From: Desulfosudaceae bacterium
Lineage (GTDB): Bacteria > Desulfobacterota > Desulfobacteria > Desulfobacterales > Desulfosudaceae
Assembly (NCBI GenBank): GCA_963674745.2
Contig: CAXXDV010000003.1
Coordinates: 480,001 to 544,000, forward strand
DNA length: 64,000 nucleotides
Reading direction: 5' to 3'
The notes under the pieces are model-generated. The model saw nothing but the letters and a program-made list of their open reading frames with translations. It had not been told where the DNA came from and made no database searches. The position numbers were made by a program, and so were the translations under genes. Positions within the stretch are counted from its first letter, which is position 1, and every line of letters begins with the position of its first letter. Positions 42,249 through 52,557 of this stretch are shown here, in pieces.

Positions 42249-43247
42249 TCATCCCTGTTTTTTCGCCACCAGTACTTCGGTCGGCAAATGCGGACACGGC
42301 CCGGGATAAATCATCACTTCTTCCATGCCGGCCGGTTTTAAAAAATCCATCCAGACGTCGGCGGCCACATTCTTCCAGTACCCTTTGTCATGCATTTGGG
42401 CCGCCATCTTTGCCCAGCGAATCTGCCAGGGCGCGAAATCCAGCACCACCGGCAGGCCCAGGGGCGTGGTCAGGTAAAGCCGGATTTTGCTGAGGATGCC
42501 GTGGGCTTTTTTAAAACTGATCTTGTCGGTCATGGTAGATGTGACCAGGTGGCCGCCGGGCTTGATACAGCGGGCGATTTCGCGCAGGATCAGGGGCTGC
42601 TCCTCAATGGTGGCATAGTTCCCGGTCAGGGAAAATACGATAATATCCTGGCTGCCTGAAGCCAGCGGCGCCATCAGCCGGAAATTCCATTTTCGGATGG
42701 AGATCATCCCCTTGATCAGCGCGCCGCAGGCGATAAGATCCGTTACCGTTTGTTCCAGGCAGGAGAGGTTGTTGTCGTCAAATTCGGTGACCATGATTCG
42801 GGCGTCGGGTTTGGCCAGCCGCATGTATTTTTTGTCGATCTCTTTGTATGTGCCTTTGATTCGGTTCGGGGCCATGGATTCAAAGACGCCTGCAGCCAGC
42901 CCGACCTTGATCAGGTCCCGCCCGCTGCCGGCGGAAAGGATGGTGATGACGGGTGCCCGACCGGGCGCTACCAGTTTCAGACCGTTTTCAATATTGCCCC
43001 AGAAACCGCTGCGTTTACGGCCCTCATACCACTCGTAACGGAAAATCTCCTGGTACATTTTATGGTTTTTGTCCCGCCGCCGGCTGGTGGACAGGTATGT
43101 CCGCCAGATGTGCTCCTCCTGTTGCCGGGCTTCCGGGTTCTGTGGCGGACAGACGGGAAAAGCCCCGGCATTGTCATTATAAACAGATGCCGGTATAAAA
43201 CCGTTTTCATCGGCCAGTGCTTCAATTTCCTGCCAGGATTTCTCCAT
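42249..43247 (-). CDS. Class I SAM-dependent methyltransferase-like protein
   Basis: ILSAGSGRD motif I, and QDIIV..NY..LREIARCIKPGGHLV. Confidence 0.65.
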   Translation of the reverse strand: MEKSWQEIEALADENGFIPASVYNDNAGAFPVCPPQNPEARQQEEHIWRTYLSTSRRRDKNHKMYQEIFRYEWYEGRKRSGFWGNIENGLKLVAPGRAPVITILSAGSGRDLIKVGLAAGVFESMAPNRIKGTYKEIDKKYMRLAKPDARIMVTEFDDNNLSCLEQTVTDLIACGALIKGMISIRKWNFRLMAPLASGSQDIIVFSLTGNYATIEEQPLILREIARCIKPGGHLVTSTMTDKISFKKAHGILSKIRLYLTTPLGLPVVLDFAPWQIRWAKMAAQMHDKGYWKNVAADVWMDFLKPAGMEEVMIYPGPCPHLPTEVLVAKKQG

Positions 43248-43336
43248 TGATTAGGCCCTCGACACTAAAGCGGTTTAATCTATCAGAATTGGCGGAATGT
43301 TATCATAAAGCGACGGAAACGCAAAATCATCTGCAA

Positions 43337-43550
43337 GGGCGACCAGCGAGTCGCCCCCGTACGCCCATGGCACCCACCCGTAGGGGCACGGCGTGCCGTG
43401 CCCGATTGTGAACCACGTCCATGTAGGGGCGACCGGCGGGTCGCCCTAAATCTCAACCCCCGTTCTTTCCCTCGCGCAACGGGCCACGCCCATTCGCACA
43501 CCCCGTCAACCTAACCCTAAAACCCTGAAACTTTAAAACCATAAAACCGC
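43337..43550. repeat. REP cluster
   Basis: GTAG palindromes followed by TAAAACCC-type octamers. Confidence 0.8.
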
Positions 43551-43569
43551 CTGCCAAGTAGGCTGAACC

Positions 43570-44934
43570 TCAGTTTTGCGGTTCAATCACCCTGCCCATA
43601 AACAGCACCGCATTGGTAACACTGTCGCGGATCAGAAAGATAAACGGCCGGTCAGCCGAAATAACGATCGGATCCGGATTTACAGTCGTTTCGGCCATAA
43701 CCACCGCCGTGGCCGCCGCGGCTTCCGTGCCTTCTTCATCCACCGCGATAAAGGCCTTGTGATAGATGTCGTCAATCCACGGAGCGGTTTCGGCCGGGTC
43801 CGCCATACCGGAAAAGTCAGCCAGATTGGGATCAAACGCTTTGGTCATGCCCAGGTCCATCATGATTTTTTTGCATGAAACCTCAAACTCAAAGGTGAAC
43901 TTCGGAAGACTCAGCATGATATCACCGATGGACAGGGCCGCCACAATGGTTTTCAGCTGATCGGCGTCCAGTCCGCCGGACACGGCCTCGAAGCGTTGGT
44001 CTTTCGGAATTATGACCAGCATGGACAATTCCAGGGGATATTCGTATTCCGCGTACCCGGCGCTGACATACGGCAGCTCAACCGCATCAAACAGGTCATC
44101 CCGGTAAAACCGGGTGTCCACACGCTGACGCATCATGGGAACGGTAACTATGGAATCATCCAGGCAGGTAAACGGCTGATCGGTAGTCGCATTTTCTTCA
44201 AAGGCCGAATGCCAGGACGCCTTGAAATAAATGGCATTGGTCAGCACCAGGACGGTAAAACTGGTAATGGAGCCCGGTGGCAGCAGATTGATGATCTTTT
44301 CGTTGGTCTGTTCCTCAACCCACTGGTTGATCGTCTGCCGGCTCTCGTCCGGGGCGCCGTAAAAGTCGAGCAGCCGGACACCGGCATCATAATGGGTCGC
44401 CAGCGTATCCAGGTAAGCGGGCAGCAGGGGATACCCGTCCTGGCTCCAGACGGCATTGACCAGGTTCAGCTGAAACGCGTCTCCATCCCACGGGGCCTGG
44501 TCGTCCCGGCTGTTTAAATCGATATTCAGGCCGTTTAAGGCCGGATGAAACGCTTCCTCTGAAAGGGTGATGCCAAGCGCGTCAGCCATTTCCGCGGCCG
44601 TGTCGTTTTCCGCTCCGGCCCAGGTCATGGCCAGGGCATTGATGATGCTGTATGACGAAAAAAAGATGTTTTTATCGTCCATGTCCGGTTCGGCTTCAAG
44701 CTGGTGAAAAAAATCAAAGGTAAAATCGATCAGGCCGCTGACCAGGGCCTGCTGATCGGCCGGTGTAAAAGCCGGTGAATCGTCATAGGGCAGGGCGGAC
44801 CTGGCAACCCCGTTTTCGCCCGTCGTTCCGCCCGAGCCGCTGCCGCTGCCGCCGGTGCCGATAAGGCACAGAATACCGAAAATAATCATGCCCGACAGCA
44901 ATACCAGACGGATATGATAAAAGATGCGATTCAT
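43570..44934 (-). CDS. Serpin family protease inhibitor, probably exported
   Basis: NIFFS.YSI, NAIYFKASW, hinge VDEEGTEAAAAT and ADRPFIFLI..LFMGRV motifs; hydrophobic N-terminus. Confidence 0.95.
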   Translation of the reverse strand: MNRIFYHIRLVLLSGMIIFGILCLIGTGGSGSGSGGTTGENGVARSALPYDDSPAFTPADQQALVSGLIDFTFDFFHQLEAEPDMDDKNIFFSSYSIINALAMTWAGAENDTAAEMADALGITLSEEAFHPALNGLNIDLNSRDDQAPWDGDAFQLNLVNAVWSQDGYPLLPAYLDTLATHYDAGVRLLDFYGAPDESRQTINQWVEEQTNEKIINLLPPGSITSFTVLVLTNAIYFKASWHSAFEENATTDQPFTCLDDSIVTVPMMRQRVDTRFYRDDLFDAVELPYVSAGYAEYEYPLELSMLVIIPKDQRFEAVSGGLDADQLKTIVAALSIGDIMLSLPKFTFEFEVSCKKIMMDLGMTKAFDPNLADFSGMADPAETAPWIDDIYHKAFIAVDEEGTEAAAATAVVMAETTVNPDPIVISADRPFIFLIRDSVTNAVLFMGRVIEPQN

Positions 44935-45090
44935 GCCTGCTCCTTGTGCTCAATGGTGGTTGTTTTAACGAAAGATTTTTCAAAAAGGCGTTTATTTGAA
45001 TGTCGCTGGATCTTAATTATCATAATTTTATCATAAGTTCCAAAATAAACACAAAAAGAGACGACCCTGCGCCCGTGCACCCGTACATAC

Positions 45091-45235
45091 GGGCGACCCG
45101 CCGGTCGCCCCTACGGACCGTGGCGGGTGTCCATGAATAATGTAGGGGCAGGCCCCCGTGCCTGCCCGGTGAAGGGCACCCACAGGGGGGTGCCCCTACA
45201 TGCGCACAAACCTCGCCCTCCGCACCCCGATCCCC
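45091..45235. repeat. REP 122-bp module
   Basis: Third copy of the 34387 module. Confidence 0.9.
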
Positions 45236-45311
45236 AAAAATGTTGACACTTTTCGTCCATCCTGTTATGGATTTCGGCCATACCTGCAACTATTCGTTTA
45301 ACCTGTAAAAT

Positions 45312-46091
45312 ATGGATTTCATTGTGAAGGGCAATCCACGAAAAGAATTTCTATACGGCATGCACCCGGTTCATGCGGCACTGTCCGCCGGTCGGCGGCG
45401 TGTATATGAGATATATGTGGCCGGTGCCGGCAGCCGGAAAAAACGGTTTGCCCCGATTTTTGAGCTGGCGAAAAAAGCCGGTACCAGGATCACCGACACC
45501 ACCGGGGAGCAGATCGAGCGGATGACCGGTGCCGGCGCCCATCAGGGCATTGCCGCACAGGTTGATCAATACCCGATGTTGTCGGTGGAAACCCTGCCGG
45601 CGGTCGAAAATTTTTCAGCAGATGCGCTTCTGTTGATCGCGGACGGCATCGTTGACCCCCACAACCTGGGCGCGCTGATCAGGACCGGTGCCTGCGTTGG
45701 TGTTGACGGGGTGATTATTCCCAAGGACAACGCCGCCTCACCCACACCGGCTGTTTCAAAAGCCTCGGCCGGTGCCCTGGAATATATGGCGGTTGCCCGG
45801 GAAACCAACATCGCCCGCACCCTGGACCGGCTCAAGGAAGTGGGGTTCTGGGTTGCCGGCCTCGACAGTTCGGGTGAAATATCTGTTTTTGAAGCGAATT
45901 TGAACGGCCCCATGGCCCTGGTCATCGGTGGCGAGGACCGGGGCATCCGGCGACTGGTCAGGGAAAAATGCGACATGATCGTTTCCATCCCGCAGAAAAG
46001 CACCGTCAATTCCTTAAACGCCTCGGTCGCCGGCGGGGTGGCCATGTACGAAATCCTCAGGCAAAGAACATCGAAGTTGTTAAGTGATTAA
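45312..46091 (+). CDS. rlmB: 23S rRNA Gm2251 methyltransferase (TrmH/SpoU family)
   Basis: YGMHPV, HQGIAA, DPHNLGA..R, GGEDRGI and SLNASVA motifs. Confidence 0.93.
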   Translation: MDFIVKGNPRKEFLYGMHPVHAALSAGRRRVYEIYVAGAGSRKKRFAPIFELAKKAGTRITDTTGEQIERMTGAGAHQGIAAQVDQYPMLSVETLPAVENFSADALLLIADGIVDPHNLGALIRTGACVGVDGVIIPKDNAASPTPAVSKASAGALEYMAVARETNIARTLDRLKEVGFWVAGLDSSGEISVFEANLNGPMALVIGGEDRGIRRLVREKCDMIVSIPQKSTVNSLNASVAGGVAMYEILRQRTSKLLSD

Positions 46092-46640
46092 GTGATTAAG
46101 TGATTAAGTGATTATGTGATTATGTGGCGCAAGGCTGTTCAGCTTTCCAGAAAAGTTGATGGTTTTAAAGTGTTAGGGTGTTAAAGTTTTAAAAGCACGA
46201 TGGATAAATAACAGTTCATATGTCAAAAACTATCGGCCGTTGCTTGCTTCAGACCATGTAGGGGCGACCCGCCGGTCGCCCGTACAGGACAAAGACGGAT
46301 GCCAAGGCGTAGGGGCACGGCGTGCCGTGCCCTTTTGCCGGGGTTCAAGGTTCAAGGCTCGACGTTCCGGGGCCTATGGCTGTCTGCGAATATTGTAGGG
46401 GCGACCGGCTGGTCGCCCGAACAAATGGGCGCCACGAACGTAGGGGCGACCGGCGGGTCGCCCGCTGAAGGACACCCACAGGGCGCCGCCCCAATAACTT
46501 GATTTTTTTAGGCTGGTCTTTAATTATGAAAAAAGCCATAATTTCATGACTGACCTAACCACCTAACCACATAACCACATAAACACTTAAACACTTAACC
46601 ACATAAACATTTAATCACCTAAACACCTAAAACCGATAAC
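46080..46640. repeat. REP cluster framed by oppositely oriented octamer microsatellites
   Basis: (TTAAGTGA)n at 46080-46125, four GTAG REPs, and (TAACCACM/TAAACACT)n at 46553-46632. Confidence 0.85.
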
Positions 46641-46710
46641 TTTTGAATGATGGTTATTAAATTTCAGTAACAACTGGAGATGGTATCTGACCAAACAGAA
46701 AGGAATTTCT

Positions 46711-47937
46711 ATGTCCGAAGCAGCAAAAATTACAAAAAACAACGATGGTTCATTAAATGTCCCGAATTGTCCGATTATCCCTTTTATCGAGGGTGACGGC
46801 ATCGGCCCGGATATCTGGAAAGCGACACAAATGGTCATGGACGCGGCTGTTGAATCGGCATACGCCGGCAAAAAGAAAATTGCCTGGCTGGAGGTCTATG
46901 CCGGGGAAAAAGCCCATGAAAAAACCGGCCAGTGGCTGCCCGAAGAGACCCTGGACACCATCAGAGAGCATGTGGTCGCCATAAAAGGCCCGTTGACAAC
47001 GCCGGTAGGCGAGGGCATGCGCAGCCTGAACGTGACCATCCGGCAGCGGCTGGATCTGTACGCCTGTGTCCGGCCAGTCAAATATATTGACCCCATCCCC
47101 AGCCCCATGAAAAATCCGGAAAAAGTGGACATGGTCGTTTTTCGTGAAAATACCGAAGATGTTTACGCCGGCATCGAGTGGGAAGCGAAAAGCCCGGAAG
47201 CCGAGCGGGTGATTGCCTTTCTGGAAAAAGAGATGGGGGCATCCATACCGGAAAACGCCGGCATCGGCATCAAGCCCATCAGTGAAATCAATACCCGGCG
47301 GCTGGTGGCCCGGGCCATCAATTACGCCATCGACAAGGGCAGGGCCTCGGTCACCCTGATGCACAAGGGCAATATCATGAAATTCACCGAAGGCGCTTTC
47401 CGCACCTGGGGGTACAAGACCGCCAGTGACCTGTTCGCCGACAAGGTCGTCATCGAACAGGAGCTGTGGGACAAGTACGACGGCGTGGCCCCGGCCGGTA
47501 AAGTGGTCATCAAGGACCGCATCGCCGACATGCTTTTTCAGCAGATCCTGCTGCGGCCCGACGAGTACGATGTCATTGCCTGCCCCAACCTGAACGGGGA
47601 TTATATTTCAGACGCCCTGGCAGCCCAGGTGGGCGGTCTGGGCATGGCCCCGGGCGCCAACATCAGCGACGAGTGCGCCGTGTTCGAAGCCACCCACGGC
47701 ACCGCCCCCAAATACGCCGGCCAGGACAAGGTCAACCCCGGATCGCTGATTCTTTCCGGTGCCATGATGCTCGAGCACATGGGCTGGCAGAAAGCGGCCG
47801 ATATGATCTTTACGGCCATGCAGCAGGCCATTGCCGATGGTGAGGTCACATACGACCTGGCCCGTCAGATCGAAGGTGCCCGTGAAGTCAAATGCTCGGC
47901 CTTTGCCGCCAACGTGTGCGCCAAACTGGCCCTGTAG
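46711..47937 (+). CDS. icd: NADP-dependent isocitrate dehydrogenase
   Basis: [34 protein letters not shown] and [10 protein letters not shown] motifs. Confidence 0.98.
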   Translation: MSEAAKITKNNDGSLNVPNCPIIPFIEGDGIGPDIWKATQMVMDAAVESAYAGKKKIAWLEVYAGEKAHEKTGQWLPEETLDTIREHVVAIKGPLTTPVGEGMRSLNVTIRQRLDLYACVRPVKYIDPIPSPMKNPEKVDMVVFRENTEDVYAGIEWEAKSPEAERVIAFLEKEMGASIPENAGIGIKPISEINTRRLVARAINYAIDKGRASVTLMHKGNIMKFTEGAFRTWGYKTASDLFADKVVIEQELWDKYDGVAPAGKVVIKDRIADMLFQQILLRPDEYDVIACPNLNGDYISDALAAQVGGLGMAPGANISDECAVFEATHGTAPKYAGQDKVNPGSLILSGAMMLEHMGWQKAADMIFTAMQQAIADGEVTYDLARQIEGAREVKCSAFAANVCAKLAL

Positions 47938-47946
47938 GGGCACGGC

Positions 47947-48732
47947 GTGCTCAACAATATCTTTCATTCGGTAATGGACGCCGTCTATCCGCCCCTGTGC
48001 GGCGTCTGCGGCAACTTTTTTGCCGTGCCTGAGGAAAACCCCGGCAACCCCACGTTTGCCGGACTCATGGCCAAGCATGTCTGCCCGGAGTGCGCCGCGG
48101 CGTTCACACCCGTCAGTGGGCCCATGTGTACGGCCTGCGGCATCATGTTCAAAAGCCGCAACACCCACGACCACCTTTGCGGTGAGTGCCGCCGGGTGCC
48201 GAAATTTTTCCGGTCCGCCCGCGCGGCCGGGGTCTATGAAACGTCGTTGATGACAGCCCTGCAGCAGTTAAAGTACAGGGGGCGGACCGAACTGGCGCAG
48301 CCCCTGGGCGGCCTGCTGTGGTCGTCCTTTCATCGCTGGCATGCACCGGAAGCGGTGGATATGATCATGCCCGTCCCCCTGCATGCCAGAAAACAGCGCC
48401 AGCGGGGGTTCAACCAGGCCTGGCTCCTGATCCGAAACGGCCGGGGGGAAGCGGCTGACGGGCACACCTTGCGGCCGTTGAAAAAAGCGGCTAAAAACCT
48501 GCTGGTCAGAACCCGCATGACCCGCTCCCAGACCAAACTGTCCCGGCGGGAACGCCTGGATAATGTCCGCGGCGCGTTTGCCCTGAAGGATAAAGCGGCT
48601 GTGAACGGCCGCTCTGTTTTACTGGTGGATGATGTCTTTACCACCGGCGCCACGGTCAACGAATGCGCCCGGGTCCTGACCGCCGCCGGGGCTACCAGGG
48701 TTGACGTGCTGACCGTGGCACGGGTAAGGTAG
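47947..48732 (+). CDS. comF: ComF family protein (double zinc ribbon plus phosphoribosyltransferase)
   Basis: Four CxxC pairs, PVPLH..RGFNQ and LVDDVFTTGAT. Confidence 0.92.
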   Translation: MLNNIFHSVMDAVYPPLCGVCGNFFAVPEENPGNPTFAGLMAKHVCPECAAAFTPVSGPMCTACGIMFKSRNTHDHLCGECRRVPKFFRSARAAGVYETSLMTALQQLKYRGRTELAQPLGGLLWSSFHRWHAPEAVDMIMPVPLHARKQRQRGFNQAWLLIRNGRGEAADGHTLRPLKKAAKNLLVRTRMTRSQTKLSRRERLDNVRGAFALKDKAAVNGRSVLLVDDVFTTGATVNECARVLTAAGATRVDVLTVARVR

Positions 48733-48799
48733 GACAGGTGCGCAGGGCAGGGCTTAGGCGTCTCACTGCGGTTTGAAAAGGCCTTGCGGAAATGCAAAC

Positions 48800-49030
48800 G
48801 GTTTTAAGGTGTTAAAGTTTTATGGTTTTAGGGCTCGGGGTTCAATGTTCGAGGTAGACCGCAAAACGCTGTAGGGGCGACCGGCGGGTCGCCCTTGGAC
48901 ATGGGCGACCCGCCGGTCGCCCCTACATGGTCCGAAGCAAGCAGCGGCCGACAATTTTTGATATATGAATTGTCGTTTATCCATAGCGTCTTTAAAACCT
49001 TAAAACCTAAAACCTTAAAATCTTTAACTT
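48800..49030. repeat. REP cluster with an inverted copy of 46185-46282
   Basis: Two GTAG REPs plus a ~70-bp non-REP segment that is the reverse complement of the segment upstream of icd. Confidence 0.8.
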
Positions 49031-49052
49031 CCTAACATCAAAAGCGCTTGTT

Positions 49053-49841
49053 ATGTCAAAAAAACTACACGCCGGCATTGTCCAATTCGACGTCAAAACC
49101 GCCGACCCCGAAGAAAATCTAACCCGTGCCCTTTCGGGTATAACCGCGCTGGCAGAAGCGGGCGTACAAGTCGCTGTCCTGCCCGAGCTTTGGACCGGGG
49201 GCTTTCACGATAACATTGCGGCCGACGCCCGGCAGACCCCACCCATTCTGGAAGCACTGTCCGAAACCGCCGCTGCCTGCCGCATGGTCATCGCCGGATC
49301 AATGGCTGAAGCCACCGACCAGGGGATCTACAATACCCTTTATGTGCATGACAGCGATGGCACGCTGGTCGGGAAATACAGGAAAACCCACCTGTTTACA
49401 GCCACCGGTGAAGACCGGTCGTTTCTGGCCGGTGATCAGGCCGTGGTCTGCAGGACAACCGCCGGCATTTTCGGCCTGGTGATTTGCTATGATGTGCGGT
49501 TCCCGGAATTCTGTCTGTCCCTGGCCTTAAAAGGGGCGGACGGGCTTATTGTCTGCGCCGAATGGCCGACGTCGCGGATTCATCACTGGGACGCCCTGCT
49601 GTGTGCCCGGGCCATTGAAAACCAGCTGCCGGTTCTGGCGGCCAACCGTTGCGGCAAAGACGCGACAATCCTTTACGGCGGCCATTCACAGATCGTGACC
49701 GCGACCGGTAATGTTGCCGTATCCGCCGACGACACGGAAACCACCGCCATCCATGCCGTCCTTGACCGGGCAGAACAGGACCGCTTCCGCAAATCCATCC
49801 CCAGCTTGAAAGAACGACGACCGGATGTATATGGGATTTAG
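49053..49841 (+). CDS. Carbon-nitrogen hydrolase (nitrilase/omega-amidase family)
   Basis: LPELW, YRKTHLF, ICYDVRFPE and RAIEN motifs. Confidence 0.92.
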   Translation: MSKKLHAGIVQFDVKTADPEENLTRALSGITALAEAGVQVAVLPELWTGGFHDNIAADARQTPPILEALSETAAACRMVIAGSMAEATDQGIYNTLYVHDSDGTLVGKYRKTHLFTATGEDRSFLAGDQAVVCRTTAGIFGLVICYDVRFPEFCLSLALKGADGLIVCAEWPTSRIHHWDALLCARAIENQLPVLAANRCGKDATILYGGHSQIVTATGNVAVSADDTETTAIHAVLDRAEQDRFRKSIPSLKERRPDVYGI

Positions 49842-50172
49842 GTTCGTGGTTCAGGTTGCCTGCGAATGGTGTTGGGGCGACCCGCCGGTCGCCCCTACAC
49901 TCGAACCTGAAATCCATCTTTTCCGCGTCGTGCCGGACCCCGATCCGGCATCCGGATATTCCGCCTATCCACCAAATTCTGTACTGTTTTTAGAAGGCCG
50001 AATATTGGGGACGGAAACACACGTAGGGGCACCCCCCTGTGGGTGCCCTCCACCGGGCAGGCACGGGGGCCTGCCCCTACAACATTTGAGGATTGCCCTT
50101 GAACCCCGAGCTTCAAACCCAAAACCTCAAACCTCGAACCTAAACCCCTAAAACCGCCCGCGCAGCGGGCGA
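49840..50172. repeat. REP cluster
   Basis: GTAG single and doublet, a CGTC-like palindrome, heptamers and GCCCGCGCAGCGGGC. Confidence 0.85.
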
Positions 50173-50174
50173 AC

Positions 50175-50519
50175 CTACTTATCCGTCTTCTGCTGCGACG
50201 CGTCATTCCCCGGCAGAACCACCAGGTTGGACTTGTCTTTTTTAAATTTCAGCCCCTGGTTGGATTTTCCCACCTCTTCAATGGACAGGATGGTATAAAT
50301 GGACAGGTGCAGGGATTTGACATCCTCAAAACGTTTTTGCTGTGTCTCTTCGTTGGGGTTGACCACCAGTGAGTCTGTATCAAATATAAAATCCGATATG
50401 GACACAAAACTGATGCCCAGTGTCGAGTCCGTCACGGTTCTGGCTTTTAATGTCTGAATTTTTCCCTCTGCCGGTTCGCGATAGGTAATCCGGTAACAGG
50501 TTTCTGGTTTTTTTCGCAT
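50175..50519 (-). CDS. Small conserved hypothetical protein (DUF1820-like)
   Basis: F..ISDFIF..LVVNPNEE..RF..VK.LHL..I.SIEEV pattern. Confidence 0.6.
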   Translation of the reverse strand: MRKKPETCYRITYREPAEGKIQTLKARTVTDSTLGISFVSISDFIFDTDSLVVNPNEETQQKRFEDVKSLHLSIYTILSIEEVGKSNQGLKFKKDKSNLVVLPGNDASQQKTDK

Positions 50520-50534
50520 TGATGCCTTTCTGAA

Positions 50535-52412
50535 TCAGGAAGATTGCTGTGTATGGGCTTGCAGTTGATTCACCAGCTGCTCCAGGGATTTTAGCGTGTT
50601 TCGCGTTTTTTCCGTGGCCGAGGTTGTTTCCTGAGCCCCTGTTTTAATCTGGCGGATAATATCGTTTAGCTGCTGGTTTGTCGAGGCCTGATGGGATGTG
50701 ATGCTTTCGATTTCATCAAGATCCCGGTTGGCGTTCAAACAGGCGTAGAGAATCTTTTCAAAATGCTCGGTCATCTGGGTCATCACTTCTTTACCCGCCG
50801 CAACCGCCTGTTCGCCTTCTTCAACATGCAGGACCGAAGATGCCAGGGAACTGCGGATGCGATTCAGGTTCCGGGTGATGCTCATGGTCGACTCCCGGGA
50901 ATCCTGCGCCAGAAAGCGGATTTCCCGGGCCACCACACCGAACCGGCTGCCCTTGTCGCCGGCCTTGAGCGCTTCGATCCCGGCGTTGATGGAAAGAATA
51001 TTGGTCTTGCTGCTGATCTGGTTGATGGTTTGCACAATGCTGTCAATCTCGCGGGATTGTTCCTCAAGTTGGTCCATGGCCTGGACAATGTCCTTCATCC
51101 TGGCCGAGATTTCAGTGAGTGTGGTTTCCGTTTGTTTGAGTTTCTGCTGACCGGCCAGGGTGATATCCCGGGTCTTTTCCCCGTCCCGGGTTATCCGGGC
51201 CGTGTTTTCGGCAATCCGCCTGGCCACGCCGGCGATGATTTTGCCCATGTCGGCTGCTTCTTTTGCGGCCGCCTCCTGCTGTTCACTGCTGCCGGTCTGC
51301 TGGTCCGCGATATCCACCAGCTGGCGCGACAGGGGACTCAAGGTCTCAACCGCCTCGCGGATGCCGTCGATCAGGGCGCGGTTCTGTTCCAGCTGGGACA
51401 ACAGCGTGTCGGTCATGCGGTTAATTGACGCGCCCATGTGGGCAAATTCGTCATTGGCGATAATACTGATTTTTTCATTATACTGGCCGGCCTGAATTTT
51501 TTCCGCCACTTTTTTAAACATGTTTATCGGCCAGGTAATGGCCATGGACGTGCCCAGGCTGACGAGCAGGGCCAGCAGTGTGCCCACGATCATGACGCCC
51601 ACAAACAACATGGTTACACTGCCCATCCGGGATTGGAAATAGTCGACCGACTTGATGCGGTCATCGGCCGTGCCGAAACTGTCCCGGGCCAGTTGGCCGG
51701 CGGTTTCGGCGGGCAGCAGGGATTCTATCTTCTGCATGTTGTCCAAAACCGAGCCGTACAGGCCGTAACTGATGATGACGGTATAGCCGGTGAAGGCCAC
51801 CACCATGACGACGATGAGCAAAACGAATTTCCGGCGCAGCGGCATGGGCCGGCCGACGTTTCGCGAATGGGCCCGTCCGCTGCTGTGGTCCCGGATCGTG
51901 GCCAGTACAGGCGTGATCGCCCAGGCCGAGAAATGCTCGGACATGGGAATGGTCAGCAGCCCGGCGATAACACCCGACAGGGCCCCGTAAACAATGACAT
52001 GGGCCGGCCAGCCCGGCAGGGCCAGCACCATCAGCCCGTAACCGAAAATCCCGCCCAGGATGTACGCGGGAAATGACAGCAGGGCCAGAAAATAGGTCAG
52101 GTCGATGACCCGGGCCTCGGCTGACGTGATCAGCTCCGGGTCCGGCGTTTTGTCCAGATCGATCTGCTCCAGGAACGCGCGCACCGGCCGCAAATAGTAA
52201 ATGGAGATTAAAATATGGCCGCCCAGCAGGGGGATGGCCGCCGGCAGGGGACTGATCATGATGATGGGCAGCTCTTTTAAGGTGGGACCCATAATACAGA
52301 TAATGAGCAGTTCCATGCCCAGAATGTTAAAGGTACCCACACCGATGATAATGGCCGCCACTCGCCACAGAAACTGTGCCGGTTTCATACGTCCCCCCGA
52401 TTCGTCACTCAA
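50535..52412 (-). CDS. Methyl-accepting chemotaxis protein with a multi-TM N-terminus
   Basis: About 6 TM segments, HAMP (NDEFAHM) and TNILSINAGIEA.KAG..G.RFGVVAREIR; start could be ATG 52388. Confidence 0.9.
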   Translation of the reverse strand: MSDESGGRMKPAQFLWRVAAIIIGVGTFNILGMELLIICIMGPTLKELPIIMISPLPAAIPLLGGHILISIYYLRPVRAFLEQIDLDKTPDPELITSAEARVIDLTYFLALLSFPAYILGGIFGYGLMVLALPGWPAHVIVYGALSGVIAGLLTIPMSEHFSAWAITPVLATIRDHSSGRAHSRNVGRPMPLRRKFVLLIVVMVVAFTGYTVIISYGLYGSVLDNMQKIESLLPAETAGQLARDSFGTADDRIKSVDYFQSRMGSVTMLFVGVMIVGTLLALLVSLGTSMAITWPINMFKKVAEKIQAGQYNEKISIIANDEFAHMGASINRMTDTLLSQLEQNRALIDGIREAVETLSPLSRQLVDIADQQTGSSEQQEAAAKEAADMGKIIAGVARRIAENTARITRDGEKTRDITLAGQQKLKQTETTLTEISARMKDIVQAMDQLEEQSREIDSIVQTINQISSKTNILSINAGIEALKAGDKGSRFGVVAREIRFLAQDSRESTMSITRNLNRIRSSLASSVLHVEEGEQAVAAGKEVMTQMTEHFEKILYACLNANRDLDEIESITSHQASTNQQLNDIIRQIKTGAQETTSATEKTRNTLKSLEQLVNQLQAHTQQSS

Positions 52413-52557
52413 ACTATTATTTATTTACGAAAAATGTCAATGAATTTCACCCCGAACCCCCTTCCGCCGTCTCCCCGACCCGGGATCCAGATCTGCCGAA
52501 CATCCACCAACGTCTGCACAATTTACAGAAAACAAAAGATCATGAACGTAATCACCC

